In this document: in pieces, positions 25,861 through 39,900 of the stretch
Position numbering within the stretch: position 1 is the stretch's first letter
Layout of the letters: each line of letters begins with the position of its first letter
Assembly (NCBI GenBank): GCA_965644295.1
Contig: CBFFRP010000109.1
Location: forward strand, 1 to 64,000
DNA from: Paraphysomonas bandaiensis
Lineage: Eukaryota; Protista; Chrysophyceae
Direction of reading: 5' to 3'
Length of the DNA: 64,000 nt
The notes under the pieces: generated by a model
Database searches by the model: none
Told to the model about the DNA's origin: nothing
The model's input: the letters and a program-made list of their open reading frames with translations, nothing else
Position numbers and translations under genes: made by a program

Positions 25861-27832
25861 ATAACAGATTTAAGACAACATGTACTGGAGGGTTTTATTT
25901 GTGTTGTGGATAGTACTAAGTGAAATCAAAGAATGAGATTGATCGTGCAATATCACAAGTAAGATATCGCGAGAAGAGTGTGTATTCTGATATTATAGAC
26001 TTAGCGCCTAAACTGACTACATACTAATAGTACTATACTTTATAAGTTCTATAAAGCTCTCAAACTAGTTGTATAGTGAAATTATACATGCTGTAGAAAT
26101 TATGTCGGCAACATGGTGATATTTTTGTTCTCTACAGCAAATTCCCATCACTCGTACCAGCTCAAATTGAGAGATAATTTGGAGTTAGAGCTCAAATAAA
26201 CTTTCAAGTCATAATAATGCTGCACTATTTTAATCAAACAAGCCTTCATCAAAGCAGATATTACCTGCCTTTTCTCAGAACTCTAGAACGCTCTTTTTTA
26301 ACTCTTCCGAATTTAGTGCTTGTAATATAACAGACTGCTTCGAACAGATTGTTCTTGCTTATCTAGCAAACGCTTCTTACTTATTGCAATTTGCTCAGTA
26401 TTAGTCGATGAATTTCTTGTAGCAGCTAGACATGAAGTCTTCTACTTCTGAAGTGTTTTGATTTGATCTCCCAATATTGAGTATCTGATTATTATTAAGA
26501 AGCGCACGCTTGTGCGTTGCCGCAACCAATCTAACAACTCGCGCGACTCTCATCTAGTTATTATTTCCACTCAACAAAGACAGAATCACACACAAGAAGG
26601 ACGGAGGGCAAACGGACGCTCGTGCCGCTTACTTTAAGTTTCTATATGATTTAAGTCGCTTAAGATTGTGATTATAAAAAGTGTTCTTGGTGGCAATTCG
26701 CGTATTGATTCTTGCTCTTAAATGAATCAAAAGGATTTAAATTAGATTCAACAATTGATTTGCGTCCGTTTGCCATCCGTACTTCTTGTGTGTGAATCAC
26801 ACCTTTTCGTGGTTGTCTGGGGGATAAGAGTACCGGAGATATTTCTCCGGGAAACAAACGTGAGCCGCATATATATACAGTCAACCGATAGCCAAATGTT
26901 TGTGTGGTACAAGGGACACAAATAAGTGTCTTGTGTAGACGTCTTTGGGCCCTGATGAATGAATAGATAGGTATCCGGGAATGGGCCCACCTCAAGGGTA
27001 ACCGGGGTATTGGGCTGCCTGTTGAGCTGAAGCTGCCAGTAGCCATCATGCCAATAATGCAACAGCAACCACTACAGCGTCTTCAAACCGCTTCTTGTCC
27101 TCTTTATTAAATTTTGACGCGGCCTGTTTAAAATTATCACCAGGTAATATCTTGAGGACTTTTAATCCTTTCAAGACTTTAACCGTACTATTAGAACCTT
27201 TGTTTTTGCGTTTGTTTTGGGCAAGCACTCGATGCAATTCAAGAACTCTCTGTAACAATTTCCTTCCAAAGCATTAATCTCATCACCTTCAATGGTTTCT
27301 TGAGCGTTCGACTCACAATATTGACCTTGTGAGTCAGTAATATCTGCTTCCTCTCCTGTAATAATAATATCAGGCCCAGGAAATCGTCAGCTTTAGTAGA
27401 CACTAACTCAGATGAAATATTCATGCTCAAGCTATACGGAATATATATAGAGTAATGCTGTGAAATACTTGTGATTAGGTTTAACTAATATTGACCTGAA
27501 GAGAAGTACAGAGATTCAAAAAGGTAGGATTTGTGGGTAGTTTTTTTTGTTTAGAACGTGTGTTAACGTTTTGTCAATTTAAAAGTTCTCTAGTTGTGCT
27601 AGAATGGTCACAATGTATTGACATCTTTTTCCACATCTTTGTCCACATATGGACTTTCTAGTACATGCGGACGGACACCACAGTTGTACCGCTTGAAAAA
27701 CCGGAAATGGCCCTTCGCCTAACTTACTAACATCATATAGGTATAAATGCAACAAGTAGGACAAATCATTGAACAAAATGGATGCTAGCTGATGGTAGAA
27801 CTACAGCCCCACTCTATAAGGTTTTATAAAAC

Positions 27833-28663
27833 CAGGGCTGCGTATCAATTAATTGTCAATAATTGAAATTTCAATAATTGAAATAGGGACATCAAATCAT
27901 AGTTGCAATTCTAATTGACTCCAGCTAGCTTAATCAAAAGAATGCCATATTTTAACACTGAAAGTTATAAAAAAAGTCAATTTTTTATTGCGAAAATCGA
28001 ACATTGGTAAAAGACTATATAATATCAATAGAATTAGAGTTATTATACATAATAATTTATTTAATTAATTAGCGATATGAGTGATAAAGTGGCACCAGAA
28101 GTTATTGCACGATTGTTCTTTGAGAAAATAAATGATAATAACGACGAGGTTGCAACAATAGATAGAGACTTGACGATTCCGGGAGTGTCTTGTAGGAAAA
28201 GGTGTTCTGAAGCGAAAGAAGGCTTATGGGTGGAGCAACACGTCGCAGCATGCTATCAAACATGAGGGATGGAAAGATAAAGTTTTGGCTGCCCAGCGAG
28301 GTGGTGGTTCGATGGGTAAATATGTTGAGTGCAAAGTATCACCTCAAGCTTGGAATGGGTATCACTGAGTAGAGTGGGTAAAAATAGATGATCTTCATTT
28401 TTCTTTTTTGTGGAATACCATTTACACGACAGAACACCAGGTTGAGTTATATTTCGAGATCAACCTTGATGAGGTATATATGGAAGTTTTGGATTTAGAG
28501 GTCGAATGCAAGATCAAAGCAATGCTTCCAATGCATTCATTTCGGTTTGGTTGTTGATGGATGGACGTAGAACTAAATTATTGCAATAAATTGCAATAAT
28601 TGAAATTGAGACAGCAAGTAATAATTGCAACTATAATTGTCAATTAATTGATACACAGCCCTG
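27833..28663 (+). mobile_element. Internally deleted hAT-like transposon (831 bp) with both TIRs
   Basis: CAGGGCTGCGTATCAATTAATTG ... CAATTAATTGATACACAGCCCTG; internal degraded transposase N-terminus (BED-like GWSN..QH, EWV...L.FSF, FGLVVDGWT). No clean 8-bp TSD seen. Confidence 0.88.
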
Positions 28664-29526
28664 CTAAAAAACGCACGAACATTATTACTTTCACCAATAA
28701 AGCGAAGCAATTTTCCGTCCCCTGAAACATAGGTACCAATGTGTCTGACAATACTCATAAAATTAGCAGACAACTCCTCCAGATACGTGCTATCAACCAG
28801 AAAATGAGACAGAACAAGTTCACAACCAACGATACCGAAAGTCTTGACGATGTATTTTTCCTCAAAATATTTCTCGAGGGCCTTGATTTGAAGACGCAAG
28901 TGACGGGTCCGTGCTTACTATAAATTCGAATCCTAATGGCCAATATGCAATACATCTTTTTCAAAGATAGCCGCAGTGCCCATCCATTGAAGAATTGAGT
29001 TCATGTTTAGGAATTTCCGATGCAATCTTAGTGACAAAGGCAGGAGGGAGAAACTTCAAGAAAATCTCCAAAAGCGATGGCCTTTGACCTCCTTTTCGCA
29101 CACTAAAACACAGATGGAGTTCCTCGTGTACAGGATGATTTCCAAATTAATCAAGCGACATTGTGTTTTCTCTCTAAGCTTACAGGCGTCGGCAGCAGCG
29201 TCGTGCGCTTTCTTTTGGTCCCTTTCGTGTGCTTTTGAGTTGCTCCTGAACCATTGGTAGTTGTCAGCAAGTGGCAACTTTATCTGCACTTTATATTTGA
29301 TACCTTCATTGTGTACGAAATTCGATATACTCAAGCAAGTATGCTATAGTCGACACAAGATATATATCATATATATCCTTTGCAATTATGAGATAAACAA
29401 AAAAATTCTTATACGCACTAACAAAACAAATTATACAGGTTCGTTCTATACGCTAAAAAGTATATATACACATGGAATATTCGCACGACAATGAAAATAG
29501 CAGCAGGTGTACTGACAATACATATT

Positions 29527-32500
29527 CTAGATTGCACTAGTTGAAATTTGTGATTGAACAGAGTTACGAGCTCTCAAAGCCTCTGCAAGTGCCTTCGTCT
29601 CCCTCCGTTTCATCTTCCTCTTCCTCGCAAGATCAGATAGACCAGCAAATTCATCAACTTCTTCTGGAATTTCGTCTTGTTCATCATTATTTTCTTCTAG
29701 TGACTCCGCTTCCACTACAGGGGCCCCAACTGCGATTTCTTCAGTCATATCTGCTTCCACCCGTGGAGGAATAACAGGATGGCGCTTCTTTCTTTTCTTT
29801 TTTCGTTCAGCTGGCGTCATACTTTGTACATCAGGCGATCTAATTGTGTTGTTATATACATTTAACTTCTTCGTTTTCTTGCGCGTACGCCCCCTAGTGC
29901 GGGATTTCTCAATCACACCGGGAGAAGGTAGGCGACGGTTATCGCTATCATCCTGAACCCCACTCACATCTCCATCTGTTTCATTTTCATCATCAGCAGT
30001 TGGTTTGAGTGGTTTTTCACCGAGAGTATCTTGTCTAGCCGGAGGCATTATACTCAAATTGGTGGGTGCATCTGGTTCACATTCAGGTGTATCTTTTATA
30101 TTTTGGTCAACACGTCCGCTTCTACCAGAGTTCTTGGTGAACGCACTTCTTCTACTGACTGTCGCACTTGGAATCTGCGGTAGCACTACGCCACTCTCAC
30201 TGAATTTAGGACTAAAAAGAGTCCTTCTGTGACTGGCGCTATTGTTCACTGAATTATGACTCCTGTAGTAAATTTCTGGGTCCTCGTCTTCAGAAGAGTG
30301 CTTCTTCTCCATACTCAATTCGCTCGGATCACTTTCACCGCCTATAACTACTACAAACTCCTTTTGTACATTGTGCTTTCGAGGTTGTTCGGGTTCCTTC
30401 CTCGAAAAAACTCTCAAAGAAAACCTTGCCCCCTTTCGGGGACGAAAAATCTTTTTCTTGGGAAGCTCAGAAATAACTGAATTCACACGAGTGATAATTC
30501 CACCAAATCCTTCTCCAGCTAGCACACGTTTTCTGTACTCATTCAACAAGTACACGTATGCCGCATAATGAGACGCTAAGTTAAAAGTAGGCCACAAGAT
30601 TCCCAGCTTGCGTGTCGTCGATATCGTACAAAGAGGGTTGTACACAACATCCCGCATTGCAAACCTCTTTTTCCATCCGTCTGTGAAAGTGTTTTCCATG
30701 CACACTAAGCAAGCGATCAATTTCTCCATCGATTCACTAAGTTCGTCCTGCGTTGAGAGCAAATCTTCTAGGGTCATCTCAGTTATAGTCACGATGGTGT
30801 CTTCTTCTTCCGAAGGTGGAGGAAGACTGGCATCTTCATACCGCAATGTCTCATCGCTCTCCAACTGCATCACCATACTCATTTGCCTAATGTCATACAA
30901 CTCATTCCAGCGATTAAACACTTCAATAAGCTCTCTCTCTTGGTTAGCGATACGTTTCTGAAGTTTAGAAATCGAACGTTTCCAGTATATAGCATATTCC
31001 AGTAAACTGCATGCCTGCTGCTGTCCAGGAACGAATAATGTCGCATCCACGACATGCATAATATCTCGAAAGGCATCCTCATCACAATGCTCACGATATT
31101 TTTCCGCTGCCGTGAACATAACGTCCTCTTTTACGAGCGGGCATGCAAGCGTGTTCTGAAGGGCCTCAATATGTACAAACATTCCTTGCAGATTTACAGC
31201 TTGTTTCAATACTGTTAGAATATATTGAACCGTTGGTGCAGGAAGAAATCCTGGTGACTGGCGCAATATTTTCTGTAAACTGGTCAATTCAGATAAACTT
31301 GCGTTGACAAGAGATGTCGCGCTACTGACATCACTCTTTGCTCCCATCGACAGCACACTGTCGTCGTCATCTTGCTCAATACTTTGCAGTGTGTCGGGGC
31401 TGCTCAGTGTACTTTCCACAGAGTTGTACACACTGCGGGGATATTTAAACCTTTCCTTTATAGGTGGAAGCTTTTTTGCCTGTAGTGAAGATGAACGTGC
31501 GCGACTAGCAATGCTTTGAATGTTCGAGTGTTTCATTTCTTCCTTGTCTAAAAATTTCGACAATTTTTGTACATTCGTCACCCCACAACCTTTGACCACT
31601 GCGAATGCACTATAACTCATATTTGAAATACCATAAAGCACCAACCTTCTTCGCTACGAGTTGGCATAGTCGGCCTCGGAACTGGTGGTGGTATATACTT
31701 AACCTCAGTGAAATACTCCTCCTCCCTTCTGCGCATATTCTCCAACCGAATTCTTGCATCCACAATTAGTCGTATAAATGTGAGTTTATCTCTCCATGTC
31801 ATTGTATGCAAGCGGCTACCCAGTTTCATATTTTTAACTTCACTTTCCTCTACTGTTTTCTTCAATTCAGGCGGAAGATATGAAACTCGGCGACTGGCAA
31901 CCATTCCTTCCAGTTCCATCATCTCACGATGGCGGAATCCGCAATAGCGTAAAACAATACACTTCAGTGACGTGTTAGCCTAAACATAAAGACATTGTGA
32001 GTGTACCACAACATTGAGCCAATCAAGCAAACTGTATGCTTTCATAATCACGGTACTCTATCATTTAAGGGTACCAGTTGTGAGAATTATAGGGGCTTAC
32101 CATCAAGGCGGATATGAAGGCATATCTTAGTGGCGTTGGGTCTATTGGTGTCCGAGACACATTGACATGCTCCAGATCTTTAGAAGAAACAATTAAAGCT
32201 ATTAAGGCAGTGAGGCCTTCTTGGTTAAGACCAGCGGAAGAGACATCCAGTCGCTTAAGGGGGCGTGCTCCAGGGTACAGAAGATGCGGAACAAAGTTTA
32301 GAAAAAACTTATTGACTGTGTACCGATAATGCGTCTGTATGTAGTGAATGAATATCAAGGCATGGTGTATTAACTAGTATAGATTAATATTCAAAGCTGT
32401 AACAGCTAAGACTATTTTAATACTATAGGAATTACTTTATCATCACTGACAGTGATATGTACATCCATGATACGTATAAATAAGTGTGTACTTGTGAGTA

Positions 32501-33455
32501 GTGAAAATAACAAGAAATGTGCATCTACCTGCCCACCAATCCAGAGCTCTTCCAACTACAACATTATACAACAAATCATAAACGAGACACGAGATGGCCA
32601 TGCAATACCACAAGAAAGCACGACGTAATTTTGTGTTCACACCACATTTTCAAGAAAGGGCATAGTACTTTGTGATGCTACTCGCGAATGACATAACAAA
32701 GTTTGTGCACTACAACACGCATATACCATGGACGGAAAACTCACCAAGGCAGCTCTTGATTTTTCAAACATTCTACCCAGCACCCAGGCAGAACCTTTTC
32801 CTAGTTCGTTGAACGCGACATTCAGTACTCGCAATGTGGGTGAAAAATTGTCAATATGAAATAATGCTTCCATTCCTTCATCTGTAAACTTGTTGTGGGT
32901 TAAATGGAGTGTGTGCAAACACTTTAAAGAACGAAACACAGGAGCGAAATGCTTGAGCCCAACGTCTGTGATATTGTTGTTCGACAATGACAAAATTTCC
33001 ACCGGGCATCCTGCGAGGTGAGAAACGAGTTCTTGCAACCCCTTATCCCCTTTAGGTGCCATCTGGCCTGCCACATCAATGACTCGCACCGCATTAAATG
33101 TCCAGAGTTTCGGTTGAACATGTTTCTTGAGCTCGTTAAATTGAGTTGCCTTGTAGTCTCGCAGAAATGGGCTCGGATACATGTCTCGTTTATAAGGGTT
33201 TCCTGACGCATCAGTACCATCATCCACTGAGTGCTGTAGCGGCTTTACATACTGCGGCCCCTTGACAAACCTAAAATCACGCTTAATATCTGCCATAAGC
33301 TCGGCTCGCGTGATCACTACAGGTACATCTGTAATGTTACACACACGAACGAACGCAGTGCGAATGATGCTCCCGGTGACGCTACAGGCCACCACTGCAG
33401 TGAGGGCATCCTTCATTTGGAGGAAGTCCATATCGTTTTTCATATCCTCTGACAT
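29527..33455 (-). CDS. Multi-exon protein with N-terminal RI-like LRRs, helical/coiled-coil middle and disordered charged C-terminus
   Basis: LSLSNNNITDVG, LHLTHNKFTDEG, LNVAFNELG, LDVSSAGL; ORFs 32637-33455, 32065-32358, 31617-31922 and 29527-31644 are joinable by GT-AG introns (e.g. GTTGGT...CGCAG at ~31645-31599). Confidence 0.8.
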
Positions 33456-33744
33456 ATTGAGGACGATAGGCCGCTAAGAGACTGGCCCCAACTCATACAT
33501 CTCCTACGGTAATATATATGTGTGAGTATATATAAGTGTATGTATATACGTATCTGTGTATAGAGATAGATCACTAGGCGCTCTATAGGAAGCCAAATGG
33601 ATTACTAAGTGCTATGGCATGCCATGCCATGCTCCCTGTGCGGTGTGCCAGGACTACTTCGTACGAGACACAGTAACGAATAATACAACGTCTGCTGGTA
33701 CGGAGTATTCCATACATTAGAATACTATTTCGACACATCTGCAG

Positions 33745-33836
33745 TTAGGTATACCAGCAAACGTATTTATAAAATACATACTCTAATAATACGTATTTTT
33801 ACACAGTAATTTTACTTAGTTTCGACCGTTTAGAAA
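33745..33836. repeat. ~95-bp dispersed repeat, copy 2
   Basis: Matches 24515-24608. Confidence 0.8.
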
Positions 33837-34047
33837 ATCCAGCACAGTTCAAAGACCCAGGCAGGCAGGCAGGGGATTCCTATACTGGTGTAGCCGTCGC
33901 ACTGCCTGGAGTCCGATAGAGAGGAAGCAATAATCTGTACATGTCGTGGTCACCAAATACACACTGCTAAATAGCCATCTTCGTGTTACAAGCATGTATC
34001 ATTGACTGTAACATCATTCGCCGTGTGTTATTGTGATACCAACTGGA

Positions 34048-35127
34048 ATGAGGTCGTCGTTATTCAGTATCGCTGTATTTTTTCACATGTTTGATGGTGT
34101 CAAGCTCGGCATACACTCAGTAATCTATACGCGTTTTCATCACTCACAGATAGCGGCAGTATTGACACCTGGGGAAATACTATTTTGGCGGGGATTCTTC
34201 AAGCGTTGCTTCCCAGTTAACATCTGGAGTAGTTGCCATTGCATCGACACAGTATGCCTTTGCGGCTGTTAAAAATGACGGTACAATGGTAACATGCGGA
34301 AGTTTAGGTGCAGGGGGAGTCAGCTCTGGTGCTGTCTTTAACTCGTCAGTTGTTGAAATTTCATCTACATTTTCAGCATTTGCGGCATTGTTAGCTGATG
34401 GAAGTGTGGAGTCGTGGTGATATGATAAATGGAGGTGACCAGTCCGACGTGTCTAAGGAGTTATCATCAGGAGTGCTTAAAATCTATTCCAACTATTACT
34501 CATTTGCGGCCCTTGAAACAAATAAAAGCATATAGTATCCTGGGGAGACCCAGAGGGTGGAGGAGATTCGTCGTCAATGATGTCTCAGTTGAGTTCTGGT
34601 GTAAGATATGTATTCAACACTCGCTTTGCTTATGCTGCACTCAAAACAGACGGAAGTGTAGTCACTTGGGGCATGGATGCATTTGGAGGAAAATCAGAAA
34701 GTGTTTAATCCTCTCTCCGATCGGATATTACGGTTGTTTTCTCGAACTGTTCTGCGTTTGCAGCGGTGCCTACTGTAGAGTCAGGCAAGAGAGTAGTCAT
34801 ATGGGGAGGATGGGATCAGGGTGGCTATGGTGTTCTGACTTCGATCTCCACCCAACTCTATAATATTCTCAAAAGATCCGCTACAGATGATGCCTTTGCA
34901 GCACTGAATGCGAACAACAAAGTAATTACATGGGGTGACGCTATCAGTGGTGCCTGAGAGTACATATTCAAAATTGCATCGCAAACGGCGGCGGGGACTC
35001 ATCTGCAGTCTTCAGCCAGCTCACTGCTGGGGTCTCAGATGTGTTCTCCACGAGCTCTGCTTTCGCAGCTCTGAAAACAGATGGTAGCGTGGTTACATGG
35101 GGGAACAACGATGAAGGCGGAAGCTAA
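34048..35127 (+). pseudogene. RCC1/BLIP-II-like beta-propeller pseudogene
   Basis: At least seven AFAALxxDGSVVTWG-type repeats (~34255, 34376, 34500, 34628, 34754, 34891, 35059) distributed over different frames with stops. Confidence 0.85.
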
Positions 35128-35629
35128 ACTTACGGAAGGTTCTCGGCCTTCCACTGCGCCTCCTTCGCGGTCCATGTCATCTGGCAGGCGATCACCTACT
35201 CATCCTGGGCTCAGTCCTAACGGACGCAAGCGCAAGACTGGTATCAAGTGATGTTTTTCTCAGGGGTAGTTGGTGTACGATTTTCCCATTGAGTACTGAT
35301 ATAATATTGTGGTGTGTATGTATGTGGATATATACATACAAGAATTTAGACTACGAACATTCATATACTATATAGCAGTACAGTAACCCCAACGAGAGTT
35401 GTCATATGTAAAATAATAGTAGAGATGTTCTGGGAGTAGGGTTAGGTGGAGTGTTAGTATTGTTGATTACTTTTATTATTTGATTTTCTTCCATGAATAA
35501 AAAAAGCTACGCCAATAATTAACATATAAGCATTAAATAGACTGAATAAAATATAATGTAGTATTCATTACCTTATTCAGTGCATCCTCAGAATTCGAAG
35601 GTTATATAAGTTTTAGTGGACGATTTTCG

Positions 35630-36061
35630 GTAGATACTACATCTTGTACTGCATTTGTCTTATTGTTGTAGTTTTCTTTTGTCTATGGTGTGTGGATAAA
35701 CACGGGTAATCTTGCTCCTCATGGCTCATGGAGCTAGATAGCATTAAGCACTCATCCCTCCCTACTATAGAAAATGTACGCTATAGACCTTTACTAAACA
35801 TTGAGCTTCTCTTATGACTGAACAACTTAAGGATCTTAAAATCATTATAACTATTATTGGTTATTAGTACAACATTTATAATATTTAGGAGGATATTGGG
35901 TTGAGTTTGGTAAGGCTTGTCAGATGTTTCGTAATCTCAGGAGAGATATAACTAGAACTTGTGTAGATACGGTAATGTGACTGTTGCGAAACATTTGTCA
36001 ACACTCTACATTTTTGATAGATACTACATCTTGTACTGCATTTGTCTTATTGTTGTAGTTG
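35630..36061. repeat. Pair of identical 43-bp direct repeats ~390 bp apart
   Basis: TAGATACTACATCTTGTACTGCATTTGTCTTATTGTTGTAGTT at ~35630 and ~36018. Confidence 0.85.
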
Positions 36062-36934
36062 TCTATTCTGTATTTTGCGTATTTGTCAGCAATTAAAAGC
36101 TGTATTTTATGACCGCTTGTTGACAACTTTACAACTGTAGTACAATGTCATGAGTTAATGATTAATAATATTAGAGAAACTGAAATTTCTTGACTGCATA
36201 AATAAGATCGCGTCTATCTAAGATCTGATAATACTGATTGATACTAGAGAGGGTATAATTTAGAGAGTGACAGTGAATGATAAGCTGTTGACTATGATTT
36301 ACTTATAGATTATTGAGTGAGTTAAAGGTTCAGAAAATAATTTTACATCCAAATGTCAAAAAAATCTTGATTTGGCAGCACCACTTCTCTTACACGCCTA
36401 TATTGCTAATAATAAGACAATGTTCGATCAGTTTGGGGTGATCAAGGTATGGCTCAGCGCAAGAATCGAAATCACGGAGCGTCCAATGAGACCTGCCGAC
36501 AATCGCAGTATAAGGAGAGCTTTGATATATGACTGGGGCAGAAGGATACCTGCATCAGTTAAACAACTAAACGTAGCGATAGATAAGTGTGTGGCTGGCT
36601 GTCGTAAGGGTGGCCTCAACAATTCTTGCACAAAACATAAAATATACACAGAAACATATCGTTTCATTCTACTTGTTTGAAGCATGTAGAGATACTGTCC
36701 CCTGACACCTGACATATGTACAAGACGTTAATAGGCGCACTTATTCCGAAGTTATTCAGATCTTTGTGTAAGACTCTTTCAAGAGAAAAATACATATTAC
36801 AGTTCTTATTAGCTGAACGAACCCAAACTTTACTAATTTTAGGAAATTTCTAAAACACTAACTCGCCATGAAAACCCCAGTGCCCGACACATATTTAACA
36901 CTACAATCAGAACGGTAGTTTAATATTAAATACC

Positions 36935-39900
36935 TCATAAATTCTCGCCGGACGACCTGCTGTATAGTTCGTTGCGCTGAACTTCTTCTATTACTTCTTG
37001 AGAGTGAATAAACCCAATCCTTTCGGCCACATGACGAGCGCGGTCTTTCGTATCATCAAAATCGGCTATGCCACCGCTTTCCTGCTGAGTATAGTCATGA
37101 GAATCTGAGATGCGATCTAATGATTCCGATCCGGCAATACTGGAATGATAAGATTGCCGCTGTGCAAAAGATGCAAATGAATCAAACCACTCGTCCATTG
37201 GATTTTCAGCTAAGTTTCTATCAAACTCAATGGCATCGTACTGGAATCCTGTCAACTTGAGAGAAGAGTGATCTGCATTATTCATGCAGCGCCAGTAAAA
37301 ATCTTTTCTGTCTACTTCTTTCTCTTGTTGCAGGCCCACTGGCTCGAGATAAATAACATTCTTTCTTCTCAAATCATCAATATTAATTTCCATATCATCA
37401 TCTGGTATGTTGACTATATTATGAAACAATTTGGTCTTGACAATATAAAAGAAAAATATCGCTGCAGCGGCACATATCAAACAGAATGCCACTAACAGCC
37501 CTGGAGACACAGCTTCGAGTACATTGCAAAAAAGCAGCAGACAGCACAAGAATACCGGTATCGTTATATCAAGAGCTGACTGTTGTAGTACTTCATTGAA
37601 GCCACTCATCAATGATGGAAAGAACAGCAAAATATATGCAACGTAACCAATATCCCATGCTCGGACAAGCCTTCGAAGACGGCAAATGGTAATATCGCCA
37701 TCATCCAATAATTGCAGAATTTTTGATGCTGTTAGGTGGCTTAAGGGAGGATATCTGCTCGCTCTACAAGCTGCAGATATATGTTGAACAGCTCTGACAT
37801 CAGCTGAAGTATAACCATGCATCATTCTAGTTTGCATGACATTCCGTAAAACATCGTAGACATTCCTTATTTGAGGTCGTATCTTGTCAACGACCATTAC
37901 GTCGAGAACAAAAATCTGCACAACTTCATTCAACAAACAGTCTGTTAATATTATAACAACGATGACCACACCCCATGCATTGGATACAGTGTTGCCATTT
38001 GTCAGTGCCCAATTCAATGACCAATAAGCCATGAATATCCAGCACAAAAACAAAGCCAACCAACTTCCAATCCATTTGTAACTGATTATTCGGCCAGGAA
38101 CAGAAGAATCCATGTTAAACAAACCACGTTTCGCCGCAAACCTACAAATAGGCGAGAGTTGTTCCAACAAGAATTCCTGCAGCAAAATGAGGTCTTGGTA
38201 GTCAGTTTGTCCAGGCGCAATTTGGAACTCGGAAGTCGTCATATCAAGAACGCAGCGAGCCCGCTTACGGACGTATGAGATCCTGTACACCATTTTGTCT
38301 AATGGCGACGCAAATCGAAACTTTTCCCAAAATGACAATGGAACAGGGGTCCCATCTGCACAAATGCCCATCCAGCGCATTATCGCACCCATAAGTACCA
38401 ATTGTCTGCCACCTGCAGTGGCTGCAACCTCTTCAGTTTGCTCGCGCCATGGTAGTGGTACTATTTCAAGAGTAGAATTGAAGAATTCTTTCGCGGCAGC
38501 AATCAACACGTTTACTTCTTCATCATTTGAAAGAGTGTCGCAGTACGCTAGTCGGTATGGTACTGCAATCTCACTTCTGTTAGATACGGATCTTGCACCA
38601 CCCTCCACATCAGAGGCAATCTCTGACCTATCATTATTACTAATCAGATCAGAAACAGACTTGCTAAATAGGTTTTGGTGTTCCCACACAGTTGGCTCAC
38701 GACTAAGTAAGTAGGATGCCAAATTTCCGCCAACGATTGGGCGTTTAGCGCATATTTGCTCAAGAATAAACTGTACAAACCTTCTGAACGGCATGCTGAA
38801 GACGATAATAATCATAGCAACAGTCACTATAAACTCGAGGGTAAATGGTGGTGGTTTTAACGTACACTTGGGTACACTTGAATCCCACTCACACAGGTTA
38901 TCACCCAGACGGAATGCTGACATTTCATTCAGACATTTCTGCTGAGTGCGTTGGTTTTCGCATAGATTATCATCAGGATAAAAGACACTGAAAAATATCG
39001 CACAAGCAAATATTATGCTTAATACATCGCTGCACACGACAGCAAAGCGAATAACGCGTGGTTTATGCATGGAGGGGTAAGTGAAAATTCGTGCCCACCT
39101 ATGATGGCGTTTTATTGCCGCAATAAACTTATGCCACCATGTGTTGCATTGTAGCAGAGAAGTAGGAGGGAAATCATACTTGTTCAGCTGTTCTGAGGCA
39201 TTCGAAGATCTACTTTTAGTTGATTTGCCAAGTGTAATATCACCCTGATGCACAATAGACCCATAATTGCTATCGTCTTCCTTTTCAATTTCTGGACGAG
39301 AATCAGAAGAATTAGAGCCATGGACTGATTCAGCATCATCCAAAAGTTGTACAGAATCCGATGACACATTAGCCGCGACACCACGCTGGTCAAAAACAGC
39401 AGTCAAATTAAATTTCAAGTTTCGGTTCTCAATATCTTGACTTCTCATGTATATAAATATATTTCTGTCCAAGGCATCCCAGCAGTACAAGACAACAAAT
39501 CCCGCAACCATAAGTAGGAGAATAGCAGCAATTGTACTAACCCCCGATATACTTTGCTGTGCAGATATATTCTCTGTACTTCTAATATTCGAACCAGGCG
39601 CAATCTCCCGTGAGCGAATCGTGTAGAAAGTTGACGACTTTTGTTCTGTTTGCAAGTGTCTTCCAGGATAATTCGCAAAATATTTTTGTGATAAGGCCCG
39701 CTTTGAAGTAGCTACCACATCCACTGGACAAAAAAATTCAAGAGAATTTCTACATGTCATTGATACATTAGTTGCTGATTTTGAAGAGATAGTGCATGAA
39801 TCACATTCCGCAAGAGTTTCACCCGGGAGGTCATACTGATAGCACACAGGCTCGTGAGAAAGCAAATTCATCTCCGATGAAAATATCATATTCACATAGT

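Noticed and set aside
26200-27430. Degenerate minus-strand coding relic, possibly gag-like
   Set aside because: Fragmented frames with no diagnostic motif.
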